This document shows positions 28,958 through 38,704 of a DNA stretch of 64,000 nt, piece after piece (the stretch's first letter is position 1; each line of letters begins with the position of its first letter). The notes under the pieces were generated by a model. That model ran no database searches and was not told the DNA's origin. It was given only the letters and a program-made list of their open reading frames with translations. The DNA lies in IMG/VR virus record IMGVR_UViG_3300023174_000129, positions 19,221 to 83,220 of that record. One strand, given 5' to 3'. Position numbers and translations under genes: made by a program. Origin of the DNA: a virus.

Positions 28958-29432
28958 TTAATTTAATTAAATCTTTTTCTTTTTGACGAAAAAAAGATTC
29001 TTGTTTTCTTTTGGTATTTGAATAAAAATTCAAATAAAATCTCTCAAATCCTCTTTTTGGTCCAATAGCTTTTATATTATCCGTCCCACCATTTGGTTTA
29101 TCAATTATTAAATTACCGATTCCATCAGAATTTACTATCGAATCTTTTTGGAAAATATATTTTCCAAATTTAAAATCATTTAAGACAATAAAAATTCCTT
29201 TCGGAATAGAAATTATATCTTGCATCATTACATCTTTTGCTTTAACTTTTAAAGCAAATTTAGGATCTGTTTTTTTAACTTTTGATAATTTTTTAGCATA
29301 TTTAATATATTCCATATCAAAATCTAAATTTACATCCTTTGGACGAGAAAAATAATTTTTAAAAGTTGCTTCAGAATCATCACCAACTATAAAATCGTCT
29401 TTGTATTCTTCAAATAATTTTAAATATTTCAT
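28958..29432 (-). pseudogene. 5' fragment of the interrupted gene, carrying a CTS-like leader
   Basis: MKYLKLFEEY...KEKDLIKL then reads into the TIR (RH-stop); the reconstructed gene is 249 aa. Confidence 0.85.
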
Positions 29433-29474
29433 ATAGTATATATAAAAAAACCTATCTAAAAAGATAGGTTTTTG

Positions 29475-29831
29475 TGGAGCTGCCCAACAGCGAGATGGGG
29501 TGTTACTAGCTAACTTAAATTACTCTTTCACAAGCTTAGATTATTTTTCTAAATTATCAAAATATTAAGTTTATTTAATACTAAAAACTAAAAAATTAGC
29601 AGGTTATTAAGTAACCACTCTTTAACTTTTGAACAGAGTTACCTGCGGAAATCCTTAGGCGAAAGCCACTTCGTTTACCTTTAAGATGTTGTTTGACATA
29701 GCAAAAATTAAATCTTCGCTAGTTGCAGTTTCGTTTGCATTTATTTTTCGTTGCTTCTTATTAATCGGGTGCAACCACCGATGCTTGCGTCATAACTCAC
29801 TTTACACTAATAGGCTAATCAATTCAGCCCC
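29475..29831 (-). ncRNA. ssrA: tmRNA
   Basis: 5' GGGGCTG pairs with 3' CAGCTCC-A (G3:U70 Ala identity); helix 2 GCAAGC/GCTTGT; PK1-like ATCGG/CCGAT and GTTGC/GCAAC; resume context AAAATAAAT-GCA; tag ends VAFA-stop. Confidence 0.9.
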
Positions 29832-29850
29832 ATAAGTAAGAATTATATTA

Positions 29851-29881
29851 CAAATATACGAAGTAGTTTTGAAATAACAAA
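29851..29881 (-). promoter_or_regulatory. Bacteroidota-type primary sigma promoter for the tmRNA
   Basis: TTTG-N19-TATATTTG on the minus strand. Confidence 0.75.
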
Positions 29882-29916
29882 ATTTTATTCGTATATTTTT
29901 TATTATATATTATAAT

Positions 29917-30165
29917 TTATTTTGTTTTCTTTGGTTTTGATGGCTTTTTTACAGTTTCGGTTTCTTGTGTAGCAATTTGCCACCCATTATTCAAATAGTG
30001 TGTTAAAAAATCATCAACATCTTTTTGAATAATCATACTCTTTTTAGTTACTTTTCCTGTTTTTTCTGTATAAAGTATCCATACAAACCAATCATCATCA
30101 GGTTCAGATGGTTTAAACCAAATTGTATATTTGGATCTTGGTTTAATTAATTTTATTTCTTTCAT
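29917..30165 (-). CDS. Hypothetical protein
   Basis: Likely start MKEIKLIKPRSK at 30165; basic C-terminal tail. Confidence 0.6.
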   Translation of the reverse strand: MKEIKLIKPRSKYTIWFKPSEPDDDWFVWILYTEKTGKVTKKSMIIQKDVDDFLTHYLNNGWQIATQETETVKKPSKPKKTK

Positions 30166-30427
30166 AAGTACAAAATATGACAGGTATTTTTTTATACATC
30201 CACATTTCAAATGTGCATGAAAAATCTGGCATATAATTAATTTGTATATTTTTTAATTCCTCCATTATATTCATAATAGAAAACATTGTTTCACATTTCT
30301 GCAATTCTCTTTCAATAATTATTCGACTAAATTTATCTACATAAATACATAAATTTTCTTGTTCCTTCCGAATAAGGTTTGCTATTTCTTTTATTTCGTC
30401 TAAATCTTGTATTAATTCTATTTCCAT
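30143..30427 (-). CDS. Hypothetical protein
   Basis: 94-aa ORF coupled to the peptidase gene. Confidence 0.6.
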   Translation of the reverse strand: MEIELIQDLDEIKEIANLIRKEQENLCIYVDKFSRIIIERELQKCETMFSIMNIMEELKNIQINYMPDFSCTFEMWMYKKIPVIFCTYERNKIN

Positions 30428-30429
30428 AA

Positions 30430-31812
30430 TTATTCAATTTCTATATTCATTAATATATTACCAGAAGAATCATCCGTTAAGTATATATACGGATTCAAAT
30501 CATATTTTTTAAATAAATTATTTAAATTTGATATATCTTCATAATTTTCCATAAATGGTGATTCTGCTGTCTTTAATTGCATAAAAATTCTATCATTCGA
30601 AGCCTTTAATTTAACATCGTTATAAAATGTTAATCCTTTAAATTCAGTTAACATATCATAATTTCTTTCAACTATTTCAGTATTATATCCAATTTTTCTA
30701 TTTACAACTAAATTTTCCCAATCGATATTAATACATGCTTGACATAATTGTTCTAAAAATGTTATATTAACATATTCTCCAGTTGTATGCTCTTTAAAAT
30801 AACCAACAGAAACATTAGTGCACTCATTTATTACACCAATAAAATTTGCCGAATCTGTAAAAGAACCTGTATCATCTAATTCATAATGTAATCCTTGATT
30901 AATTAATTCTTCACATAAACTATTAGCAAAAGCATCAGAACAAGTCCTTGTTAAACTTTGATGTGTAATAATTGAATGATAATTTCTTCTATCAAAAGAT
31001 ACGCATTTAGTAATGCCTTTTATATGCTCACATTTATCATAATTTTTTGAAACTAATCCAGATCCTATACCACCAACTTCTTCGCCTATAAAGAAATAAT
31101 ATAAACCAGGTATATTATGTGCTATCATATATAACATGACAGCTACTCCTGCTTTATCATCCCCACTTAAAATGGTTTTACCATCAGAACAAAAGAAAGA
31201 CCATTCATCTTTTTGAAATGAAAGTAAATTAACTTTTTCTTGTATTTTGCATGCCGAATCAAAATGAGAGGTAAACATAGTATTACTATCTCCAATTTTT
31301 ATATAATAATTACCATAATCGTCTAATTGTAATGGTAAATCAATAAATTTAAGAATCTCATCTTCTGTTCCATATGGATATGTTTGATAACATAACGATT
31401 TAAATGTATAAGCAACATCTTTTGGATTATAGATAAAATCTGGTTTATCAAAAATTGACATATCAATTGTTTGATACTCCAAAGTTTCATTATTTAATAC
31501 TTTCTGATTATAATCAAAAATAAATATACTAATTTCATTTTCAGTAAATTTAAATTTCGTAAAAAATCTATCCAAAAAATCTCGTATAGCTATTTTTTCA
31601 TAGGCTCTTTTACAATCAAAATAAGCTTTAAAATAAAATTTCGAATCTAAATCAAGCAAGCTAATACCTGTTTCAGTTTCATTCATAAATGAACCTAATA
31701 TAGCATAAGATATATTATCTGATATTTCCATTAATATACCTTCTAATCTTTTTGTATAAGTAAATGTTGTTTTAGATTGATTTTTTTGTTTATATTTTCT
31801 TTTTCGACTCAT
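30430..31812 (-). CDS. M20/M28-family zinc peptidase-like protein
   Basis: TSHFDS, GDDKAGV, GEEVGGIGS, SFDRR, N.SVGY..EH. Start placed at 31812, after TTTG-N20-TATCTTTG. Confidence 0.8.
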   Translation of the reverse strand: MSRKRKYKQKNQSKTTFTYTKRLEGILMEISDNISYAILGSFMNETETGISLLDLDSKFYFKAYFDCKRAYEKIAIRDFLDRFFTKFKFTENEISIFIFDYNQKVLNNETLEYQTIDMSIFDKPDFIYNPKDVAYTFKSLCYQTYPYGTEDEILKFIDLPLQLDDYGNYYIKIGDSNTMFTSHFDSACKIQEKVNLLSFQKDEWSFFCSDGKTILSGDDKAGVAVMLYMIAHNIPGLYYFFIGEEVGGIGSGLVSKNYDKCEHIKGITKCVSFDRRNYHSIITHQSLTRTCSDAFANSLCEELINQGLHYELDDTGSFTDSANFIGVINECTNVSVGYFKEHTTGEYVNITFLEQLCQACINIDWENLVVNRKIGYNTEIVERNYDMLTEFKGLTFYNDVKLKASNDRIFMQLKTAESPFMENYEDISNLNNLFKKYDLNPYIYLTDDSSGNILMNIEIE

Positions 31813-31923
31813 ATAACAAAGATAATGAAAAAAAATTAAACACACAAAACTATTTATTAATAATGTCTTTTATCGAAGATCGGCAACATCATGATATAAT
31901 AATTACTATTTAATATATATACT

Positions 31924-33204
31924 ATGGTTATTTTAAATGATATAAACAATCAGTTATTTTTAGATAACATCTTAGATAAAGAATTTATTGTATATGAAGA
32001 TGTTAAAGGAACTTCAATTTATGTTAAATGGGATGGTGAAGATTTTATAATAAAACCTGATTTAAAAGCTGATCCTATAAATTTTATTGATGATTCAATT
32101 GATACTTATTACGGAAAATCATATTATTATTTAAATAGTTTAGATTATCGTATAAAATCGCTTTTAAATAAAAAATGGTGGTTTAAATTTGAATATTTTC
32201 CAACTGATTTAAATACATATAACAGAAAACCTAAACATAATTTAATACTTTCGTCTATTATTAAAAAAGGCAAAGAAGATTATAATATTGAAGAAATTGA
32301 AGAATATTCTAGATTATTTAATGTTGAATCTTTGCCATTTATATTTAAAGGTAAATTATCAGATAGACAAATTGAGGCTATTAAATACTTCTTAAATACT
32401 TCTGAAGAAGATTTAGATTATGTATTTGGTGAAAAATCATTTTCGTTCTTTTTTTATAAATTATTAAATCCACAATTATTTGGTTCTTTTTTAATGGATA
32501 ATGAGTTTAATGTTAATGTGGATAAAATTGTTTTAAGATCTAATGATGAGCAATTAAATTTTGCTATATTAAATCCTTTATATACCAAAATAAGTAAATC
32601 TAATTTAACAACTTATTTAGAGGAATATTGCCTTATTCTTATTAATTTTGTTAATTTTTCACAAAGTATTAATTTACAAGATATAAAATTAAAAGGTGAA
32701 AAAAGAAATGACATTTATACATATTTGATTTGTAGATTATTTAATATGTATATAGCAGAGGTTGGTGATGATATTTTAAAATGGGATATTATTATTCCGG
32801 AGTTTTTTAATAAAGATAAATTTAGAATTAATAAAGAAATTATTTTAAATAAAATTGCCAAAGAACATTTATTAGAACCTAAATTTGAATATATTTTTAA
32901 ATGTATTTATTTTTCTTTTAAATTCAAATTAAAAGAACCATTTGGTTTGATAACTGATAACATGTTAACTATAATTAATAAATTTATAAATGATATAGGA
33001 ATGTGTATTGATGTATTTTTAAATAAAAAATCTGAATTTGAATTACAAAAACGTGGACTTATTAATGCGTCAGATTTTTTTGATATTAAATATGATAGTG
33101 ATTCTATTGGTACTGTTTATCCTGATATTTATGATGAAATAAAAAGAGGTGGCGAAGAAAAGAAAAAAAAGAAAGAACCTATTTCTAAAACTCCATTAAA
33201 GTAA
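31924..33204 (+). CDS. Hypothetical protein with a degenerate RNA-ligase-like N-terminal domain
   Basis: VYEDVKGTSIYVKWDG, FEYF and LPFIFKGKL resemble Rnl2-type motifs, but EKxDG is altered. Confidence 0.45.
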   Translation: MVILNDINNQLFLDNILDKEFIVYEDVKGTSIYVKWDGEDFIIKPDLKADPINFIDDSIDTYYGKSYYYLNSLDYRIKSLLNKKWWFKFEYFPTDLNTYNRKPKHNLILSSIIKKGKEDYNIEEIEEYSRLFNVESLPFIFKGKLSDRQIEAIKYFLNTSEEDLDYVFGEKSFSFFFYKLLNPQLFGSFLMDNEFNVNVDKIVLRSNDEQLNFAILNPLYTKISKSNLTTYLEEYCLILINFVNFSQSINLQDIKLKGEKRNDIYTYLICRLFNMYIAEVGDDILKWDIIIPEFFNKDKFRINKEIILNKIAKEHLLEPKFEYIFKCIYFSFKFKLKEPFGLITDNMLTIINKFINDIGMCIDVFLNKKSEFELQKRGLINASDFFDIKYDSDSIGTVYPDIYDEIKRGGEEKKKKKEPISKTPLK

Positions 33205-33421
33205 TTTATCTTTTCAATATATTTTTCTAAAATAATAATTCTATAAATGGTGGTATTTTACCACCATTTTTTAATATTTTAAATTCAAAAGTTCAATTAT
33301 ATATTTTTTCTTTTAATAATATAAATTTATTGAGAATTTCATATAAAGACAATATTAATAAGGTATTAGAAAAAAAATTAAACTAAAATAAAATTAGATA
33401 TAAAAATTAAAAATAAAAATT

Positions 33422-34492
33422 ATGAATAAATTTATAAGATATATTGGTTCAAAAGAACCGTTAATTGAGTTTTTACTTGAAAACTTCAATAAGTATGCTG
33501 GAGATTTTAATTCTTTTGGAGATATGTTTGCGGGAACTAATGTAGTGTCAAAATATTTGTTGCCACATGTATCAGACATATCATCATATGATATGTCTTC
33601 ATACTCCGAGATTTTAAATTCTTTTGTTAATCCAAAAATAACAGATGATTTCATATCATATTTATATGAGTTAGATAAATGCCAATTAGTAGAAGGAATT
33701 ATATTTAATGAGTTTTCTGTTAATGGAAAACCAGAAACTATTGATTATAAAAAATTTGAATCGCAGGGCAAAAATTATCGTATGTTTTTTAATGAAAATA
33801 TTGGTAAAAAAATAGATGCCATAAGAGAAAAAATATCATTTGATTTTAATAATAAATTAATTAATGAAGAAATTAAAAATATGTCACTTGCATTATTATT
33901 AAAATTTGCAGATATTAATGCAAATACCACTGGTGTATATGGCGCTTACTTAAAAAAGGAAAATAAAAAGCCAAAAGATTTCATAAACAATGAAATTATA
34001 TCAGAACTTAAAAATATTAAATTTTATGAAAATAAAGTTGTTTCATTTAAAAAAATGAAAATCTCCGATTCTGTTAATGATATATCATACAAAGATATAA
34101 TATATTTTGATCCACCATATACTACCAGAAAATATGAAACTAATTATCATATAATAGATTATATTTCAAATTTGAATTTTTCTATTCAAGATATTAAGTA
34201 TAATACTATTACAGGTCTTCCTTTAAATCAACCTGAAAATCCATTTGGGACAGTTAAAAACACAAGTAAAGCATTCGAAGACATGATTGTAAAAACAATC
34301 GATAAATGTAGGTTTATATTCATAAGTTATAGTACACAAGGACTATTGAATCAATCTGATATTGAAAACATATGTAATAAACATAATTTTACTTTAAATA
34401 CTGAAAAGAAAGAATATAAAAAATATAAATCGCATAATAATGATGTCCAAGGAAATTTGGAAGAATTATTATGGGTAATAAATAAAAAATAA
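33422..34492 (+). CDS. D12-class adenine methyltransferase (M.NlaIII/HpyIM-like)
   Basis: RYIGSK, DMFAGT, ANTTGVYGAYLK, YFDPPY..R.Y..NYH. Confidence 0.88.
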   Translation: MNKFIRYIGSKEPLIEFLLENFNKYAGDFNSFGDMFAGTNVVSKYLLPHVSDISSYDMSSYSEILNSFVNPKITDDFISYLYELDKCQLVEGIIFNEFSVNGKPETIDYKKFESQGKNYRMFFNENIGKKIDAIREKISFDFNNKLINEEIKNMSLALLLKFADINANTTGVYGAYLKKENKKPKDFINNEIISELKNIKFYENKVVSFKKMKISDSVNDISYKDIIYFDPPYTTRKYETNYHIIDYISNLNFSIQDIKYNTITGLPLNQPENPFGTVKNTSKAFEDMIVKTIDKCRFIFISYSTQGLLNQSDIENICNKHNFTLNTEKKEYKKYKSHNNDVQGNLEELLWVINKK

Positions 34493-34495
34493 AAT

Positions 34496-35440
34496 ATGAA
34501 TAAACTATTTGATTGGATAGGAGGTAAAAAATGGCTTGCTTCTAAATTAGAAACTACATGTAGAGAATTATTAATTAATAATTCTAATATTGAATATTAT
34601 GTAGAGCCATTTTGCGGAAGCATGGGTTCCGTTATTGCATCTCTTAAAGTTTTCAAGAAATTTGGTATAAAAAAAATAATATTAAATGATATAAATACTA
34701 ATTTAATAAATGTTTATTTAATGGTAAAAAATAAACCTAATGAATTATTTGAATTGATAAAAGAAATTGAGGAAAAACATGAATCTCTAATACCAGATAG
34801 ATGTTTTGGATTAAATAAAACTAAAGATAAGTTAATTCTTAAAGAATTAATGAAGGACGCTAATGATTATTATATAAATATAAGAATTCAGTATAATAAG
34901 TTAAAAAATTCATCTATAGATGATGATATATTGAAATCTTCGGCACAATTTTTATTTTTAATGTATCGGGCTTTTAATGGTGTTTATAGAGAGAATAAAA
35001 AGGGTGAATTTAATACCCCATATGGATGGACAAATAAAAAAATAAATTTAAATAATAAATATGAAAATATCATAAGCTTTCACAATTTATTTAAAGAAAT
35101 GGATATTATATTTTATAATATGAATTTTAATGAATTTTTGGAGAAATGTGTAAAAATACAAAATAAATGTCTATTTTATTTTGATCCACCTTACTTAAAT
35201 GAAGATCTAAAAGAAAATGATTACAATAAAGACGGGTTTGGTTTAAATGAGCAGAAAATATTATTGGATTATGTTGATAAATTTGATAATATAATTTATA
35301 GTAATCATAATTTAGAATTGTTTAAAACATTTTTCAATAAAGAAAAATATTCTATTGAAGTTGTTAAAAGGAAAAACACCATGAGTTCCGATAACTCTAC
35401 AAGAGTTAATGATGCTGAAGAAATTTTTGTTTATTCATAA
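34496..35440 (+). CDS. Dam/DpnIIA-like adenine methyltransferase
   Basis: WIGGKKWL, YVEPFCGS, LNDIN..LIN.Y, FNGVYRENKKGEFNTPYG, YFDPPY. Confidence 0.9.
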   Translation: MNKLFDWIGGKKWLASKLETTCRELLINNSNIEYYVEPFCGSMGSVIASLKVFKKFGIKKIILNDINTNLINVYLMVKNKPNELFELIKEIEEKHESLIPDRCFGLNKTKDKLILKELMKDANDYYINIRIQYNKLKNSSIDDDILKSSAQFLFLMYRAFNGVYRENKKGEFNTPYGWTNKKINLNNKYENIISFHNLFKEMDIIFYNMNFNEFLEKCVKIQNKCLFYFDPPYLNEDLKENDYNKDGFGLNEQKILLDYVDKFDNIIYSNHNLELFKTFFNKEKYSIEVVKRKNTMSSDNSTRVNDAEEIFVYS

Positions 35441-35459
35441 ACAAAAATTTCTTCAGCAT
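35412..35459. repeat. Perfect inverted repeat with 23-bp arms spanning the methylase stop codon
   Basis: ATGCTGAAGAAATTTTTGTTTAT-TC-ATAAACAAAAATTTCTTCAGCAT. Confidence 0.9.
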
Positions 35460-35482
35460 TTAAAAAGAAAAAAAATAAATTT

Positions 35483-36826
35483 TTGTATATGAATTTATAC
35501 TTACAAGGAGAAGAAGCCCCACACCAATTTAATCATGCAAATGTTATAGAGTGGATTTCTAATCTCAAAAAAACAAATATTAACATTACTGATGCTGGTT
35601 TAATATTTAAACCAATAAATAACATTACTTATAAAATTGAAGGAATTACATCTACTTCGTATAATAATTTTTATTATACTTTATATAACAGTAAAAAAGG
35701 CAGTTTAGTTGATGGATTAATATTTGAGAGTGAAAAAATGCCTTCTCCCGAAGAAGATATACCAATAGCTGCTTTCGAAATAACTAAAAATGATGGTTCG
35801 CAGCAGGGAAATATGTATGACCAGAGATGTGCTAAACAAGTTCCAATAATAGAAAAATATGGTAATATTCCGTATTTATTTTTGATAGCAGCAACAAAAT
35901 TTACAATCGTCGAGACCGAAAATAGCTTCAGACAATCTCATAATTGCTCTATCGCCACTATAATTGCTATAGGAGGTGATGTATGTATCAGTAAAAATGA
36001 TAAAATTGGATATACAAAGTATAATCCTTCTTTTGTTTATGATTCTATTGAAAATATAGAAAAACAAGAAAATAAAAAGAAAAAAAACGGTGGAGTTCCT
36101 TCAAGAGTCAATTTAAAAGATAATAAAGTTTATATACAAGCAAATTTATATAAATTTAATAAAAAAACACAAAAAGAAGAATCACATGATCCAAATATAG
36201 GTTATATATCTGGTAGAGCTTTTCTGATAAGAAAATATGATGATAATATTGAGATATGTATAGTTGAGCATAAAAAAAATTTTTACTACTTTCAAAATAA
36301 AGATAACAAATTCACAAATATTCTCAAATTAGTTGGTGTTACTATTTTATTTGAAAATGGTATAAAATTAAAGATAGAAAGGGAAAATAAATTCAATAAA
36401 ATATATTGGAATTACGCTGAAGGTATAGAAAAAATAGCAACTATTCGTTTAGAACAAATGATAAAAGACAATAAGGATTATGAAGTATTATTTTCTAATC
36501 ACGGAGGCTGTGAAAAATCAGACACATTTATTAATGGAATATCAAGCCAAACGAAACGAACTTCGGGATTGCCTGATTTAGTTTTCTATCAAAAATTACA
36601 AAATAAATTATATGTTATTGAAGGAGAAAAAAGCGAAAATTATAAAAAAGGCATTTTACAAATGAATAAAAAAGAATATGATGAATTTATAGATAGAGAA
36701 TTTTTGACTAAATTGCCACCTAATGTAAAAATTATTAAAAAAATATGCACATATGGTTCATTTAATAATGAAAAAGATGTAATATACAATATTACAAAAG
36801 AAGGCGTAATTAATTCTTTTTTATAG
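35483..36826 (+). CDS. Putative PD-(D/E)xK restriction endonuclease
   Basis: 447 aa, directly after two MTases; DGLIF...FEITK and PDLVF...VIEGEK motifs. Confidence 0.55.
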   Translation: MYMNLYLQGEEAPHQFNHANVIEWISNLKKTNINITDAGLIFKPINNITYKIEGITSTSYNNFYYTLYNSKKGSLVDGLIFESEKMPSPEEDIPIAAFEITKNDGSQQGNMYDQRCAKQVPIIEKYGNIPYLFLIAATKFTIVETENSFRQSHNCSIATIIAIGGDVCISKNDKIGYTKYNPSFVYDSIENIEKQENKKKKNGGVPSRVNLKDNKVYIQANLYKFNKKTQKEESHDPNIGYISGRAFLIRKYDDNIEICIVEHKKNFYYFQNKDNKFTNILKLVGVTILFENGIKLKIERENKFNKIYWNYAEGIEKIATIRLEQMIKDNKDYEVLFSNHGGCEKSDTFINGISSQTKRTSGLPDLVFYQKLQNKLYVIEGEKSENYKKGILQMNKKEYDEFIDREFLTKLPPNVKIIKKICTYGSFNNEKDVIYNITKEGVINSFL

Positions 36827-36890
36827 TGAAAAATAAGCTTATTTTTTTAAACTTTTTTTTCTTTTTTTTTATAAAATAAAAAGAAAAAAA

Positions 36891-37358
36891 ATGAGTAAAT
36901 TTAATAAAACTAATTTTGTAATTGAGATGGCTTTAAATTGGGTTGATGGTCCAACGCTTATAAATGAATTATACAATAATCATAAACATGAAGTCGAAAG
37001 AAAAAAAGATTCATATAAAATGAAAAATGTTACAAAAACAGATACAGAAATAAAACATCAATTAAGTGCGGAATTAACTGCCGTTTTTTCAAATAAAAAA
37101 GATTTTTTTGATTATGACGAAACCCAGAACTATAAAAGATGGAAATTAAATCAAAAAGGTTTAAATTACTATAATCAAAATATAAAACCTAAAATTATAG
37201 CACAACACCTGCAACAGCAAAGTATAACTAAAGTGGTAAATCCACTATTAAATATTTTGAATAGTAATCAGTTGGTAGATTGTATAAATAAAAATTTATC
37301 TAAATTAGACAAAATACAAATAGAAAAATTAAGGGAAATAGTTTCTGAATTCTATTAA
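36891..37358 (+). CDS. Hypothetical protein (possible winged helix)
   Basis: 155-aa ORF with AAAC-N17-TATAAA upstream and a palindromic terminator downstream. Confidence 0.65.
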   Translation: MSKFNKTNFVIEMALNWVDGPTLINELYNNHKHEVERKKDSYKMKNVTKTDTEIKHQLSAELTAVFSNKKDFFDYDETQNYKRWKLNQKGLNYYNQNIKPKIIAQHLQQQSITKVVNPLLNILNSNQLVDCINKNLSKLDKIQIEKLREIVSEFY

Positions 37359-37396
37359 ATAGAAAACAGGAAGTTTAAACTTCCTGTTTTCTATTT
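37357..37396. terminator. Intrinsic terminator (40-bp perfect palindrome)
   Basis: AAATAGAAAACAGGAAGTTTAAACTTCCTGTTTTCTATTT. Confidence 0.75.
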
Positions 37397-37564
37397 TTAA
37401 AAGACTAAAAAAGATTTGATTAATACAAAATGGATTATCTATGAAATAGATACTGATAAAACTAACATATCTTTATATAAAGACCCAAATTATATTAATG
37501 GATATTATACAACTGATAACATATCGCCTAATTCTATAAAAATAGTTTCAAAAGAAAATTAATT

Positions 37565-38704
37565 ATGCACAAAATAAACAATTTAGGTCAAGTTTTTACT
37601 CCAGAACATATTGTATCAAAAATGATTGGTTTGATTCAAAATGACAATTCTATTTTAGAACCATCGTGTGGAGATGGTATATTTCTTAAATATTTAACAA
37701 ATAAGAATATAACTGCAATTGAATTTGATGCACAACATTGCCCTATTAATGCATTAAACATAGATTTTTTTGATTATGATATTAATAATAAATTTGATAC
37801 TATAATTGGCAATCCACCTTATATAGCTGGTAAAAATATAATTAATTCAACATTATCTAAAATTAATAGTGATTTAATCACTCATGGCAAATCTAATTTA
37901 TATCTTTATTTTATAGAAAAATGCATTAATCATTTGACAGAAAATGGTGAATTAATATTTATTACACCAAGGGAGTTTATTAAAACTACATCTTCAATAA
38001 AATTAAATAATTATATCTATGAAAATGGAACAATAACAGATTGGTATGAGTATGGCGATGAAATTGTATTTGAAGGATATTCTCCATCAGTTGTTATTTG
38101 GAGATTTCAAAAGAATAATTTTAGTCGAAAAACTAATACTAATTTAGGTGAAAAGATTTTCACAAATTCAAATGGGCAATTACTATTTTTAGATAGTAAA
38201 ATAACTGGAACTAAATTAGGTAGTTTATTTGCTATAAAAGTTGGAGCTGTTAGTGGTTCGGATAAATTATTTGAGAGTAATGATGGAAATATGGAGTTTG
38301 TTTGTTCTTATACAAATAAGACTGGAAATTTGAAAAAAATGTTTTATAACATTAAAAATGATTATATTTTTTCAATAAAAGACGAATTAATGAAACGGCG
38401 AATAAAAATTTTTACCGAAGATAATTGGTGGACTTGGGGAAGAGATTTTTACAAATCAGATAGAAAAAGAATATATGTTAATGCTAAAACAAGAAATGAT
38501 AAACCGTTTTTTATACATGATTGTAAAAATTATGATGGTTCTATATTAGCATTAATACCATTGACAGATGAAATTGAAAATAATATAGAATTTTATTTAG
38601 AAAAATTAAATTCTTGTGATTGGGAAACTTTAGGATTTAAAGTTGGTGGTAGATATATTTTTAATCAAAAAAGTTTGGAAAATATAATTTTAGATTTAAT
38701 ATAA
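37565..38704 (+). CDS. N6-adenine DNA methyltransferase (gamma class)
   Basis: GQVFTP, LEPSCGDG, IGNPPY, NLYLYFIEK. Confidence 0.9.
   Translation: MHKINNLGQVFTPEHIVSKMIGLIQNDNSILEPSCGDGIFLKYLTNKNITAIEFDAQHCPINALNIDFFDYDINNKFDTIIGNPPYIAGKNIINSTLSKINSDLITHGKSNLYLYFIEKCINHLTENGELIFITPREFIKTTSSIKLNNYIYENGTITDWYEYGDEIVFEGYSPSVVIWRFQKNNFSRKTNTNLGEKIFTNSNGQLLFLDSKITGTKLGSLFAIKVGAVSGSDKLFESNDGNMEFVCSYTNKTGNLKKMFYNIKNDYIFSIKDELMKRRIKIFTEDNWWTWGRDFYKSDRKRIYVNAKTRNDKPFFIHDCKNYDGSILALIPLTDEIENNIEFYLEKLNSCDWETLGFKVGGRYIFNQKSLENIILDLI

Noticed and set aside
29461-29520. Stand-alone tRNA-Ala
   Set aside because: The acceptor stem pairs with sequence about 350 nt away and encloses a tag ORF, so it is the tmRNA.
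37400-37560. Possible small gene or ncRNA upstream of the methylase
   Set aside because: No convincing ORF or structure; probably a decayed fragment.
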